A stretch of DNA of 63,725 nt, filler included, from Octopus bimaculoides (lineage: Eukaryota), in the NCBI RefSeq assembly GCF_001194135.2. It is 6 parts of 6 records of this genome, joined end to end, with 100 filler letters (N's around TTAATTAATTAA, not from the genome) between each part and the next. Parts side by side here need not be neighbours in the genome. Positions count along the whole stretch, not along the records: positions 29,039 to 55,834 come from NC_068995.1; 5 more parts are not named here. One strand, 5' to 3'. Below, in pieces: positions 38,102 through 50,720 of the stretch (positions within the stretch are counted from its first letter, which is position 1; each line of letters opens with the position of its first letter). Under the pieces are notes generated by a model. It was not told the DNA's origin. It saw only the letters and a list, made by a program, of their open reading frames with translations, and searched no databases. The position numbers were made by a program, and so were the translations under genes.

Positions 38102-38990
38102 TATATATATATATATATATNNNNNNNNNNNNNNNNNNNNNNNNNNNNNNNNNNNNNNNNNNNNNNNNNNNNNNNNNNNNNNNNNNNNNNNNNNNNNNNN
38201 NNNNNNNNNNNNNNNNNNNNNNNNNNNNNNNNNNNNNNNNNNNNNNNNNNNNNNNNNNNNNNNNNNNNNNNNNNNNNNNNNNNNNNNNNNNNNNNNNNNN
38301 NNNNNNNNNNNNNNNNNNNNNNNNNNNNNNNNNNNNNNNNNNNNNNNNNNNNNNNNNNNNNNNNNNNNNNNNNNNNNNNNNNNNNNNNNNNNNNNNNNNN
38401 NNNNNNNNNNNNNNNNNNNNNNNNNNNNNNNNNNNNNNNNNNNNNNNNNNNNNNNNNNNNNNNNNNNNNNNNNNNNNNNNNNNNNNNNNNNNNNNNNNNN
38501 NNNNNNNNNNNNNNNNNNNNNNNNNNNNNNNNNNNNNNNNNNNNNNNNNNNNNNNNNNNNNNNNNNNNNNNNNNNNNNNNNNNNNNNNNNNNNNNNNNNN
38601 NNNNNNNNNNNNNNNNNNNNNNNNNNNNNNNNNNNNNNNNNNNNNNNNNNNNNNNNNNNNNNNNNNNNNNNNNNNNNNNNNNNNNNNNNNNNNNNNNNNN
38701 NNNNNNNNNNNNNNNNNNNNNNNNNNNNNNNNNNNNNNNNNNNNNNNNNNNNNNNNNNNNNNNNNNNNNNNNNNNNNNNNNNNNNNNNNNNNNNNNNNNN
38801 NNNNNNNNNNNNNNNNNNNNNNNNNNNNNNNNNNNNNNNNNNNNNNNNNNNNNNNNNNNNNNNNNNNNNNNNNNNNNNNNNNNNNNNNNNNNNNNNNNNN
38901 NNNNNNNNNNNNNNNNNNNNNNNNNNNNNNNNNNNNNNNNNNNNNNNNNNNNNNNNNNNNNTATTCAAGCCTTGAATCTATATCTAAACC

Positions 38991-39037
<47 letters not shown>

Positions 39038-41549
39038 ACAAATAGTTAGTATAAAGAAGCGGTCCATTCTCATGAATTAATGGAAATATTGGCGGTCGGA
39101 TGGGATGCCTGTCGTATTTTTTCTGGCAATATGTGTTCTGAGATCTATCTATACGCCATTCATTGCCGTTTTGTCATCATCACCAGGAAATCGAGACCTT
39201 TATCAGAGCGTATTTTGTTTCATGCATTTCATTCATTCAACATTCTTCTGTCTTTATCTCTCCCTCATCCTCTTTCTCTCTCTTTCTCTCACTGCTTCTA
39301 CTTATGTTTACAAATATATATTTTGTTTCTGTACATGTGTTTGTGTATAAATAAATGAATATAAGTAAATATACATAGTACTGGGTGTTGGGAGCATCAT
39401 TACGCCAGTAATAATAAACACACGCACTGGGTCAAATGATTCCCTTATTGTTAGTCAATCTGTCAAATATCTAATATCTAACAACCTAATGCTTTGTTTA
39501 ATGTGTTGGTTGAGCAATGAATCGTTTTTCGTCTTTCTAATGACCCTCCCGAGATACAAAATTTTGCTTCAACACACGAATTAACACAGAGGATCTTACA
39601 AACGAAATACAAAATCGATGTAGATATATATATACATTTTATATATGTATGTGCGTGTGTGTGCATGTGTGCGTATGTATGTATATATGTATGTGTGTGC
39701 ATGTGTACATATGTATGTATGCCTGCCAGTGTGTGAGTGTATGCACCTCTGAATATACGTACACACTGAAATACATACGATAGCTAGACTGATGTGTATG
39801 TGTCTGCATGTACTGCTTATGCGTGTGTCTGTCTGTCTGAGTGTATATCTATGAATGGCTCGGCGTATATGTATGAAAATTTTAATGATTTTGTACTCAT
39901 ATTCCAATGAATATATTTTGCTCTTCTGATTAGTTTTGATATACATAAAAATGTATATACACCATTTATTACAATATTTTCTCTGTTTAACCCAGCGGCA
40001 GGATATGAATTGTGGATCGTTCTTATATTCATTATATCTAACCCTGTTTATATTTTTCTTTCTCGTTCTTTTCAGATTTCAGAAATCTCTTGCAATTTAT
40101 GACGTTGTTTCTTCTTTATTTCTCCCTCATGCCAATCTACACAATAGTTTATTCTTCTCTCTGTTTGTCTTTTGCTCTTTTCATCTACAATTCTGCATAT
40201 TCGTTTTTAGAAACGCAATCAATTGTATCATTGTATCGCTTTTGGGTCAATAGATTTCCCTTTGATCTCTTTGTATTCTGATTAAATTGTCTAACCACAA
40301 AAGCGTATCAGCGTACGTGATTCCTACGCGGAACTGCTTATTGCTATGGTACGTATGTACTAGAGCTTTTATATGTGTACGTGTACCTACCTGCATGCTT
40401 ATATAGAAGCATACGAGCGCCTGCATGTGTAAGTGTATGCAAATGCATGGCTATTTAGTTACATTTCTGTTCGAATATTTCACTTGTTACTTTTTATGTG
40501 CATTCAACATCGATTATTTGTGAGATTGAACTTGTGCATATGTACATGTGTATGTATTTTTCACTCTCCAATTATGTATGAGACATGTGCATTTCTGTGC
40601 CTGTCTCTCTTTCATTCTTTCTTTCTATGCGTACATTCATGCACATACACACATGAGTATGTATACATAAATGTATATGTCTATATGCACATGTAAATAT
40701 GTATAAATATACACATGAACATAGGTATGTATGATTGTATGTGTTTGTATATAAATATAAATATATATATATATANNNNNNNNNNNNNNNNNNNNNNNNN
40801 NNNNNNNNNNNNNNNNNNNNNNNNNNNNNNNNNNNNNNNNNNNNNNNNNNNNNNNNNNNNNNNNNNNNNNNNNNNNNNNNNNNNNNNNNNNNNNNNNNNN
40901 NNNNNNNNNNNNNNNNNNNNNNNNNNNNNNNNNNNNNNNNNNNNNNNNNNNNNNNNNNNNNNNNNNNNNNNNNNNNNNNNNNNNNNNNNNNNNNNNNATA
41001 TATATATATATAGTCAATTTAAACATGAACAAACAAGAAGAAAAACGCGTGTGTTATACAGATATAGTATGTTAGATAGATAGATAGATATATAGATAGA
41101 TAGATACATACATGCTTATATACATACATACATAAATATAATGCACGCAGGCCCACTCAGTCGCATATATATTATTCGAGCCAGCATACATATACATCTC
41201 ATGTATGTCTATGTGTGCTAGTGTCATCAGTGTGAGTGTGTGAGTGTGTACCTGACAGTATTTAAAATAACGGAAATTACTTTTAAAAACACAATATATG
41301 CATTGCGTCAATACGTAGTTGCACAGGGAGATATATGAAGGAATGTAAATGATTCAATGACTATATGGGGAGATAAATTGCAAAAGATGCATCAGAGAAA
41401 ATCCTGTTCAATGAGATAATGAAAACGAGTCTATTAACCTATCAAAAGAAACCTATATATCTACCCGTGCATTTTCACTTACACTCCCTCACATCTACCT
41501 GTCTCCCTCCTTCCCTCTCTCTCACTCTCTCTCTCTCTCTCTCTCTCTG

Positions 41550-41603
<54 letters not shown>

Positions 41604-41660
41604 TATATTTACATATATACATACACACGCACACGCACGCACATATATATATATGCATCC

Positions 41661-41694
<34 letters not shown>

Positions 41695-41821
41695 TAATAT
41701 ATACATATAAATATATATATGCATATATATATACACATATATACATACATGCTTACCTACATATAATACTCACACAAACATACATTATACGTACATGCAT
41801 GCGTATATATCTGATATATAC

Positions 41822-41853
<32 letters not shown>

Positions 41854-42900
41854 ATGTATATGTATACACAAACACACATACACACATAGTACGTAATCTC
41901 ATCGATAAGTACCCGGGAGGACGTTTCTTTTTTCTTCTCTATAGCACAAATTTCTTAGAATCTGCAATTATAGTTTTTACCCCTTTAATTATTTAATATT
42001 CAATTCTGAAGTTTTATTTTTTAATCTACAAGCTTTTTAATTTGTTTTCTTTAATTTTTATTCTTCATTCATTTCATTGCTAGTCGCTATTTTTAGCTAT
42101 CCCCACTGACCATTGAACTGAATTATCTTTCTGATCACACGTAACCTATTTAACTAATAGACATAAATGCCTTCCTCCTCCATCTTAAAAAAACCTAAAC
42201 GTTTGACCTCTCATCCCTAACCGACCTTTACGAAGAATAATACTGACATCTCATTTGTTATTGCTGTGTTAATTTATTTTACTTTCGCCCTCAGTCATTC
42301 TTTCCCACACCTGTCCCGTTCCTTTCGTTTCTTCCTTTCACCTCTCTCCTCTATTCACCCACTCACAGCCCGTATCTGTCTATCATGATGCCTGTCTTTC
42401 TTACTCTATATACGCACGTGGACCATTTTCATACTAGCTAGCAACTTCTATTCTTTCAACATGGACACAACATTCAAAATACTGCCAAAATACTGCCTGG
42501 ATTTACCTGGGATTATACCAAAGGGCTTATACCTTCACGAAGTACGGACCGAACTCCATACTCTCTGGAAGAAGATGAACTGTGAACTTTACTCTTCTGT
42601 CTGTATTCTTCTATCCATTACTTTACTCCTTATTCGTCTACCTACTATTTTGATCATTATCTTAGTCATTATTTTATTTCTTATAGACTGTGACCTTCCC
42701 TGTCTATACCTTTCAAATAAACTGACATTGTCTCGGATGACAGAATACCCAGTGTACATATATGCTAGCCTATCAATTGGAATATCCCAGAATCAACTGT
42801 AAGACATGAAATTCACCATACATTAATCAGATATTTTAAATGACTTGGGATACCTGTCCTGCCTTGGTTTTTCTGGTCCTTTTTCCTCTAATATAATATC

Positions 42901-43209
42901 TTGGCACTCCGTCGCTTCCGACGACGTGGGTTCCAGTTGATCCGATCAACGTAACATCCTGCTCGTGAAATTAACGTGCAAACGGATGAGCACTCCACAG
43001 ACACGTGTTAACTCAGCGTGGCACTGAGTGTGACAAGGCTGGCCTTTTGAAATACAGGTACAACAGAAACAGGAAGAAAGCGTAAGAGACTCGTGGAGCT
43101 ATAGGTGTTTTCGCTCAATAAACACTCACAACACCCGGTCTGGGAATCGAAATCCTTATCCTACGACCGCTAGTCCGCTGCCCTAATCCCTGGGCCATTG
43201 CGTTTCCAC
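42901..43209 (-). mobile_element. tRNA-derived SINE family C, with internal deletions
   Basis: Minus-strand head with A-box TGGCCCAGGGATTAGG and B-box-like GATTTCGATTCCC. Body matches 13647-13958. Confidence 0.88.
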
Positions 43210-43372
43210 AACATAATATATATCTGCTAATTAGGAAGCCTAATATAGATCCCTAGCTCCAACCTCAGCCATGGACTTGGAACCTAACGGATGACCAATT
43301 ACAGCACTTACTCATCGTACCTACTCGTTTAGATCACCAGTGAAGTAAATCCCTCGTAATTTTATATCTATA

Positions 43373-43415
<43 letters not shown>

Positions 43416-43604
43416 NNNNNNNNNNNNNNNNNNNNNNNNNNNNNNNNNNNNNNNNNNNNNNNNNNNNNNNNNNNNNNNNNNNNNNNNNNNNNNNNNNNNN
43501 NNNNNNNNNNNNNNNNNNNNNNNNNNNNNNNNNNNNNNNNNNNNNNNNNNNNNNNNNNNNNNNNNNNNNNNNNNNNNNNNNNNNNNNNNNNNNNNNNNNN
43601 NNNN

Positions 43605-43866
43605 TATATAGGGCAATAAGAAAATGAAGAGGATAAACAATCGACAAATCACCCTGTAAACTTTAAGTTATATCTATTTCTTAATTGATTACAATCATGC
43701 GTATAAGTGATCCAAATAAACGAATGAAATAAAGGAACTTATTTCATTCGTTTATTTGGATCACTTATACGCATGATTGTAATCAATAAATAACTAGATA
43801 TAATTGAATGTTTACAGGCTGATGTTTGTTGATTGTTTATCCTCTACATTTTCTTATTTGCCTTAT
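43605..43866. repeat. ~260-bp palindrome with perfect 49-bp inner arms and diverged outer arms
   Basis: 43684-43732 and 43739-43787 are exact reverse complements. The outer ~80 bp match imperfectly. Confidence 0.9.
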
Positions 43867-44078
43867 AAATCCTGGGTAAATGTCTGCTTTACCCCAACCC
43901 ATACCTAGTGTTCAATCGCGATACTGCCCTGCAATAGTAAGCACTTGAATGTAAATACGTTGGTATACATCCAGTAGTATATAGGATATTTACTATCCCT
44001 TAGATGGTTGCTTCACCTCTAACTCATACAAACACATATAATGNNNNNNNNNNNNNNNNNNNNNNNNNNNNNNNNNNN

Positions 44079-44122
<44 letters not shown>

Positions 44123-44472
44123 GTGATTTAATGGTTTCCGTTTGTTGTGTTCTTTCTGTTCCATCTTCGATTTATCCATGCAGCGCTCCGTACAACCTGT
44201 TGTTTTTGTTTTGTTAAAAAAGATATCCCTTGAATATTATGTACTACTCTCACCCTCTTTTCCTCGCCTTTATCTCTTATTCCTTTATTTTCTATCTCTC
44301 TCTCACTCTCAGTCTTTCCTTCTCTCTCTTTCTCTTTTTCCCACGCTGTCTGTCTTACCCTTCATTCCTCTCTTATTCTTTCTTTCTCTCTCTATTTCAC
44401 TCTCTCCCTCCCCCTCGTTCCTCTGTCCCTCCGATTTCATTTACCCTCTCTCGTATTCCCTAATCCCTTTTC

Positions 44473-44905
44473 CCACGAGAGTTCCTGACCACAGTTATGA
44501 ACTCATTTGCATACAGCCAATCAGAGCTCAACTATCAAACTAATTTATGAGCGATAAGATATAGTCAATTGGGTAAGGAATGACCATGCTTCTTTTCTCT
44601 TTTAATAATGCTTGTTGTTCTTGTTCTTGTTTCAAACATTGCTGCCTCTGTGTAGTTATTTCTGTTGTTTACTTTGAAAATCACTAAGGGGTGAGGGTTG
44701 CTAGCACATGACCCTCTACCCACATTTTCCGATCCACATCTTTACCATACGGGGCTCTAAAAATTCTTATAATAGGTATAGATGCAAATCCATCTAATTA
44801 CTTGTCTCCTTCTAAAATAAGGCATAACCTTGACAACAAAGTCAAGGGGAGTTCTGATTGGCTGTATGCAAATGAGTTCATCACTGGAGTCTGGAACTCA
44901 CGTGG
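44473..44905. repeat. Inverted pair of 57-bp modules carrying octamer and CCAAT motifs
   Basis: 44473-44529 and 44849-44905 share the core TGAACTCATTTGCATACAGCCAATCAGA in opposite orientation. Confidence 0.8.
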
Positions 44906-45157
44906 AAAAAATATTCGCTTCCCACTCGGTCTGTTAAGAGTTTCCATTTTTCCTTTGCGCCAGCTCACTACGCTTCGCCCGATGGTTGAAAAGCCATTTT
45001 TGTTATGTATTATCATTGTAATTGTACAATTATTTTCCTCTTCTTGTATAGCTAAAAGGGGTTTGTTCATTGTATATGTATAATTCTTTTTCTGTTGCAC
45101 TTGCATTATTATTTCATAACAATTATGTTGGTCCGAATGTCGAAAGAGGAGCACCCG

Positions 45158-45939
45158 GTCTTCGCTGTCAGACAATTTCTGTGACCACATCATCTCTAAT
45201 ATCTGGGCACCTAACTCGCTAGACAGCAACCGCCTTATATTTTGATTTTGTCCACTACACAGTATAGTAGGGTCAGTTGGGCAGTGTGAGAACAACAGCA
45301 CCATGACGCAATTCCCTCTGCCAGGAATTTGGAAACGACTTGAGAACAGTGCAATTTGAAGACATGTACTGGCAGTGCCAAATATCAAACATCCAGTTGA
45401 CATCATGGTGTTTGGAATGATCACCAGTAATGGCGACGTTATGCCTCCATTCACCTTCCCACACGGTCTCACACTCAGCACGGAGGCCTAAATCAAGTGA
45501 CTGGAGGAGGTAGCCCTGCCCTGGGTCAAGAGGGGGTAATGCTGCAAGACACACTGTCTTCGCTGTCAGACAATTTCTGCGACCACATCATCCCTAATAT
45601 CTGGTGACCTAACTCCCCAGACAGGAACCGTCTCGATTATTATATGTGGGGTGCAGTTGAGCAAGAGACTAACAGAACTCCTTGTAACAGCAAAGATGAA
45701 CTGAAGGCAAGTGTTATGGAATCATTCACTATCTTAAAGAAGACCGTCTAGAAGAGGTGCAGGACATTTCGAAGTCGTCTGGAGGTCGTGGTTGAAGCCA
45801 AAAGCGATTTTATTCAATAGATTTACTGATTCGTGTATCAAAATATGTTCATGTAATTTTGGTAAATATACCTGTTAAAATGAGATATCACTGTTATTTT
45901 CATTTTTGCATAATTTAGATGACACTTTATTCAACACAC

Positions 45940-45940
<1 letters not shown>
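45158..45940 (+). mobile_element. maT/DD37D-like Tc1-mariner transposase remnant
   Basis: KHPVDIMVFGMITSNGDVMPPFTFPHG, LEEVALPWVKR, LSDNFCDHIIPNIW*PNSPD...LDYYMWGAVEQETN, FRSRLEVVVEA. Confidence 0.85.
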
Positions 45941-45977
<37 letters not shown>

Positions 45978-46766
45978 ANNNNNNNNNNNNNNNNNNNNNN
46001 NNNNNNNNNNNNNNNNNNNNNNNNNNNNNNNNNNNNNNNNNNNNNNNNNNNNNNNNNNNNNNNNNNNNNNNNNNNNNNNNNNNNNNNNNNNNNNNNNNNN
46101 NNNNNNNNNNNNNNNNNNNNNNNNNNNNNNNNNNNNNNNNNNNNNNNNNNNNNNNNNNNNNNNNNNNNNNNNNNNNNNNNNNNNNNNNNNNNNNNNNNNN
46201 NNNNNNNNNNNNNNNNNNNNNNNNNNNNNNNNNNNNNNNNNNNNNNNNNNNNNNNNNNNNNNNNNNNNNNNNNNNNNNNNNNNNNNNNNNNNNNNNNNNN
46301 NNNNNNNNNNNNNNNNNNNNNNNNNNNNNNNNNNNNNNNNNNNNNNNNNNNNNNNNNNNNNNNNNNNNNNNNNNNNNNNNNNNNNNNNNNNNNNNNNNNN
46401 NNNNNNNNNNNNNNNNNNNNNNNNNNNNNNNNNNNNNNNNNNNNNNNNNNNNNNNNNNNNNNNNNNNNNNNNNNNNNNNNNNNNNNNNNNNNNNNNNNNN
46501 NNNNNNNNNNNNNNNNNNNNNNNNNNNNNNNNNNNNNNNNNNNNNNNNNNNNNNNNNNNNNNNNNNNNNNNNNNNNNNNNNNNNNNNNNNNNNNNNNNNN
46601 NNNNNNNNNNNNNNNNNNNNNNNNNNNNNNNNNNNNNNNNNNNNNNNNNNNNNNNNNNNNNNNNNNNNNNNNNNNNNNNNNNNNNNNNNNNNNNNNNNNN
46701 NNNNNNNNNGTGCATGTGTTTGTGTCTCTATTTCTCAACAACACCGCTTGAAAACCGTCTGTTTAC

Positions 46767-46940
46767 GTTCCAATAATTTAGTTCCGCAGATAGCAGCGGA
46801 GGTTATAACGTTGCTCGTGTTACGTAGGCTGGAGGGGCTCAATAAGGAATATCGCTTGTGGCCGGGCGACGCCGACACGTCACCTGCTTTGTGCTTAAGT
46901 GAGACGTTGGCGATGGCGGAAGATGTGGTCACAAGTGATG
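46767..46940 (-). CDS. Candidate 174-nt phase 1-1 exon, Ser/Thr-rich
   Basis: Pyrimidine tract tctatccatattccttcccag|, an open frame SLVTTSSAIANVSLKHKAG...KRYSLLSP...GTKLLE, and donor C|gtaaac. GC-richer than its flanks. No homology recognised. Confidence 0.25.
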
Positions 46941-47320
46941 CTGGGAAGGAATATGGATAGAGGTTGAGAAGCCTCAGAGGTTTGAAACCTTATTCTGTTT
47001 AAACAAAGAGGCGTAATGCCTCCTTTTTTTTATCAATGAACAGTTGTAAGAAGTTTGTTGCCTCATATATTTGTAGTGAGAGACTTTGTGCCTCGTTGTA
47101 AAGAGCTTCAGTCCAATAAGAAATTGTGGTAAGCGGTTTATTGCCTCAAATATGTAAATTTATAAAAGAACAATGTTTTAGAGAAGCAGAGATCAGCGGG
47201 CGTCTTCTGCCTTCTCCCATTAATATCATCGTGTTCATCATTTATCTCATATCATTAATGTCTTTGCCCAGCCCGCAGCTACTCAATCTGTGTACGGCTT
47301 TCATAACCAACATAATGAAA

Positions 47321-47930
47321 TAAAGTAGCTTGCTTACCAACCACGTGATTCGGGTTCAGTCCCACTGCATGGCACTTTGGGCAAGTATCTTCTACTATAG
47401 CCTCGGGCCGACCAAAGCCTTGTGAGTGGATTTGCTAGGCGTAAACTGAAAGAAGCCCGTCGTTTATATGTATATGTATATGTGTGTGCATGTGTGTGTC
47501 TGTGTTTGTCCCGACAACATCGTTTGACAACCAATGCTGGTGTGTTTCCGTCCTCTTAACTTAACGGTTCGGCAAAGGAGATCGATAGAATAAGTACTAA
47601 GCTTACAAAGAATAACTCCTGGGGTTGATTTGCTCGACTAAATGTGATGCTCCAGCATGACCGCAGTCAAATAACTGAAACAATTAAAAGAGTAAAAGAG
47701 TATGTGTATGTATGTATGTATGTATGTATACTTTAATGCGTCTGTGTCTTTCCCCACCATCGCTTGACAACTGATGTTGGCATGTTTACGTACCCGTAAC
47801 TTAGCAGTATTTTGAAAAAGACCGACAGAATAAGTACTAGGTTTACAAAGAATAAGTTCTGAGATTGATTTGTTCGACTAAATGCGGTACTCCAGCATTG
47901 CCGCAGTCAAATGACTGAAACAAAAGAATA
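47321..47930 (+). mobile_element. SINE family A copy (47321-47700) plus a second 3' half (47728-47930)
   Basis: Both blocks match 399-836. Confidence 0.88.
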
Positions 47931-48514
47931 AAAATAATTAAATATTACATATACACGCGCACACACAAACGTACGTACTGGAATATATCCATGCATATAA
48001 ACATAAATATATACATGTATGTAAATATCTTGCCCTACAAAATATTTAGAATCTTTATTGGAAACATTATATTTTAAAACAGGTTGATTTAATGTGTAAT
48101 TGTACAAAAAATAGACAACTTGTAAGTTTTGCCGTAAGCTAAATTAGCAAATATTCTATTATGTGCCTATATTCGAGAATGAATCTCTCACTTCATTTAT
48201 TCTACGTAGACTCTGGTCATAGCATCAACTAAATTCTAATTAGATGGAAAGCGAAGTCAATGAATATATTCCTCACCTGGACGAATTAAGCTGCGTGTGT
48301 CTGCGATTGTGTGTGAGTGTCTGTGCGGTTGCATATATACAAACGCGTGTTTGTATGTGTCTATATGTTTATATCTATCTATCTATATATATATATATAT
48401 ATGTGTATATTATATATATGTATGTGTATATATATATATGTGTATATTATATATATGTATGTGTATCTCACTCTATATATGCATATATATTTATGTATGT
48501 TAATGTAGTTTACG

Positions 48515-48577
<63 letters not shown>

Positions 48578-49787
48578 NNNNNNNNNNNNNNAACTCAAGA
48601 ATAATTATCTGGTATTTACTTCCTAGTATAAAGATATAACTTCCAGGTATCATCATATAGACACTAGCTACACACACACACACACACACACACTCACACA
48701 CAGCTATATGCCTTTTGCGAACACTTTTTCAGATGAAACTGTCAAATGGGATTTGATGTGTGGCAAACAAAGCTAAACAACCAAATTAACCAAATAGTTT
48801 GTATTGTAGCAGATCTTTAATTCCTGTGTGATAAGATTTTATTTTTGAATAGCTTTACGTTTTAGCGAATAAATTATTCTAAGCTTCATTAACTTCGAGT
48901 TAGTTCGTTGACCTGCTGAACTAGAAAACGCTATCTTATATAAATAGGTAGTATGCTAAAAGTTCGCATTAAATTTATCCGGACTGCACTGATTTGCATA
49001 ACTGAGCAATCTTTGAAGGCATCGTGTGTTACGAGTTAGTAAAATTATTTTTTGGGTTTTTAGGGTAATCGACTTTTTAGCCAGGCAGCCAAATCTGGGG
49101 CATGGTGAAGTAATTTTGACCTTTCTCTGTAGTCTGATAACGGATACCAGACACTCTACATATATTGTATATAGCGTGTAATATGTGTAATAGACAGAAT
49201 AACTCCGTAGAAATTTGCATGAAACTGCGATCTTTAACAAGGTACGTGATTCATTTAGTAGCAGTTCTAAACATAATCGAAAGAAGTTGAGATGCAACAA
49301 AAATTGAGAGAGGTGTGTTTAATAAACAACCTGTTTCAACACACACAGTGAAATATAAATGTTACAGTTAAACAATATTTCTTCATTCTATTACAAGAGA
49401 AAGACTTGAGAAATGTTGTAAAAACTTCATAACTGTGTGCAAAAGACAGAAATAGATGTGGCTTTATTTAGAAATTTTTAATAGCTTCATCTTCACTCAT
49501 GGAAGAGAGAGTATCTTTTAATGTTTTCGCGTATATGCAACTACGATTACAATAAAATTACTCAGTTCGCATCTTGGTAAATGCATAATTGTTGGTACAA
49601 GACTATTCGTAACAAACTACTGAACGTCGACAGCATGAAAAAATAACCAAAAGAAATTTAACACAAATTATCAGTTCCAAATATTGCTTTCCAATTTTTA
49701 GTTATAAAAAATTAATGTAACCTATGTATATTTAACTGGAGGCAGTTAACGTGTTGGCCAGATTGGGAATGGTACATGATAGCTATA

Positions 49788-49908
49788 GGCACAAGAGTGG
49801 CTGTGTAGTGGCTGCGTACCACCTTGAGCAAGTGTCTTCTACTATAGCTTCGGGCCGACAAAAGCCTTGTCAGTGAATTTGCTAGACAGAAACTGAAAGA
49901 AGCCCGTC

Positions 49909-49960
<52 letters not shown>

Positions 49961-50720
49961 NNNNNNNNNNNNNNNNNNNNNNNNNNNNNNNNNNNNNNNN
50001 NNNNNNNNNNNNNNNNNNNNNNNNNNNNNNNNNNNNNNNNNNNNNNNNNNNNNNNNNNNNNNNNNNNNNNNNNNNNNNNNNNNNNNNNNNNNNNNNNNNN
50101 NNNNNNNNNNNNNNNNNNNNNNNNNNNNNNNNNNNNNNNNNNNNNNNNNNNNNNNNNNNNNNNNNNNNNNNNNNNNNNNNNNNNNNNNNNNNNNNNNNNN
50201 NNNNNNNNNNNNNNNNNNNNNNNNNNNNNNNNNNNNNNNNNNNNNNNNNNNNNNNNNNNNNNNNNNNNNNNNNNNNNNNNNNNNNNNNNNNNNNNNNNNN
50301 NNNNNNNNNNNNNNNNNNNNNNNNNNNNNNNNNNNNNNNNNNNNNNNNNNNNNNNNNNNNNNNNNNNNNNNNNNNNNNNNNNNNNNNNNNNNNNNNNNNN
50401 NNNNNNNNNNNNNNNNNNNNNNNNNNNNNNNNNNNNNNNNNNNNNNNNNNNNNNNNNNNNNTATATATGTATGTATGTATGTTTGTATATATGTATATGT
50501 CTGTGTGTCTCTGTTTGTCCTCCCCCCCCAAAAAAAAATCTCTTGACAACCGATGCTGGTGTGTTTACGTCCCCGTAACTTAACGGTTCGGCAAAAGAGT
50601 CCGATAGAATAAGTACTAGGCTTACAAAGTATAAGCCTTGGGGTCGATATGCTCGACTAAAGGCGGGGCTCCACCATGGCCGCATTCAAATGACTGAAAC
50701 AAATAAAAGAATAAAAGAAA
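49788..50720 (+). mobile_element. SINE family A copy whose internal microsatellite spans a gap
   Basis: 5' half at 49788-49912, then (TA)n, gap, and 3' half at ~50500-50720. Confidence 0.85.

Noticed and set aside
44798-45481. Longest N-free ORF (227 aa, minus strand)
   Set aside because: It is antisense to the maT remnant at one end and crosses an inverted-repeat module at the other. No domain recognised.
48956-49300. 114-aa ORF with faint F-box-like wording and faint similarity to ORF 53494-53733
   Set aside because: The similarity is a few residues around one shared 12-mer, with no splice or domain support.
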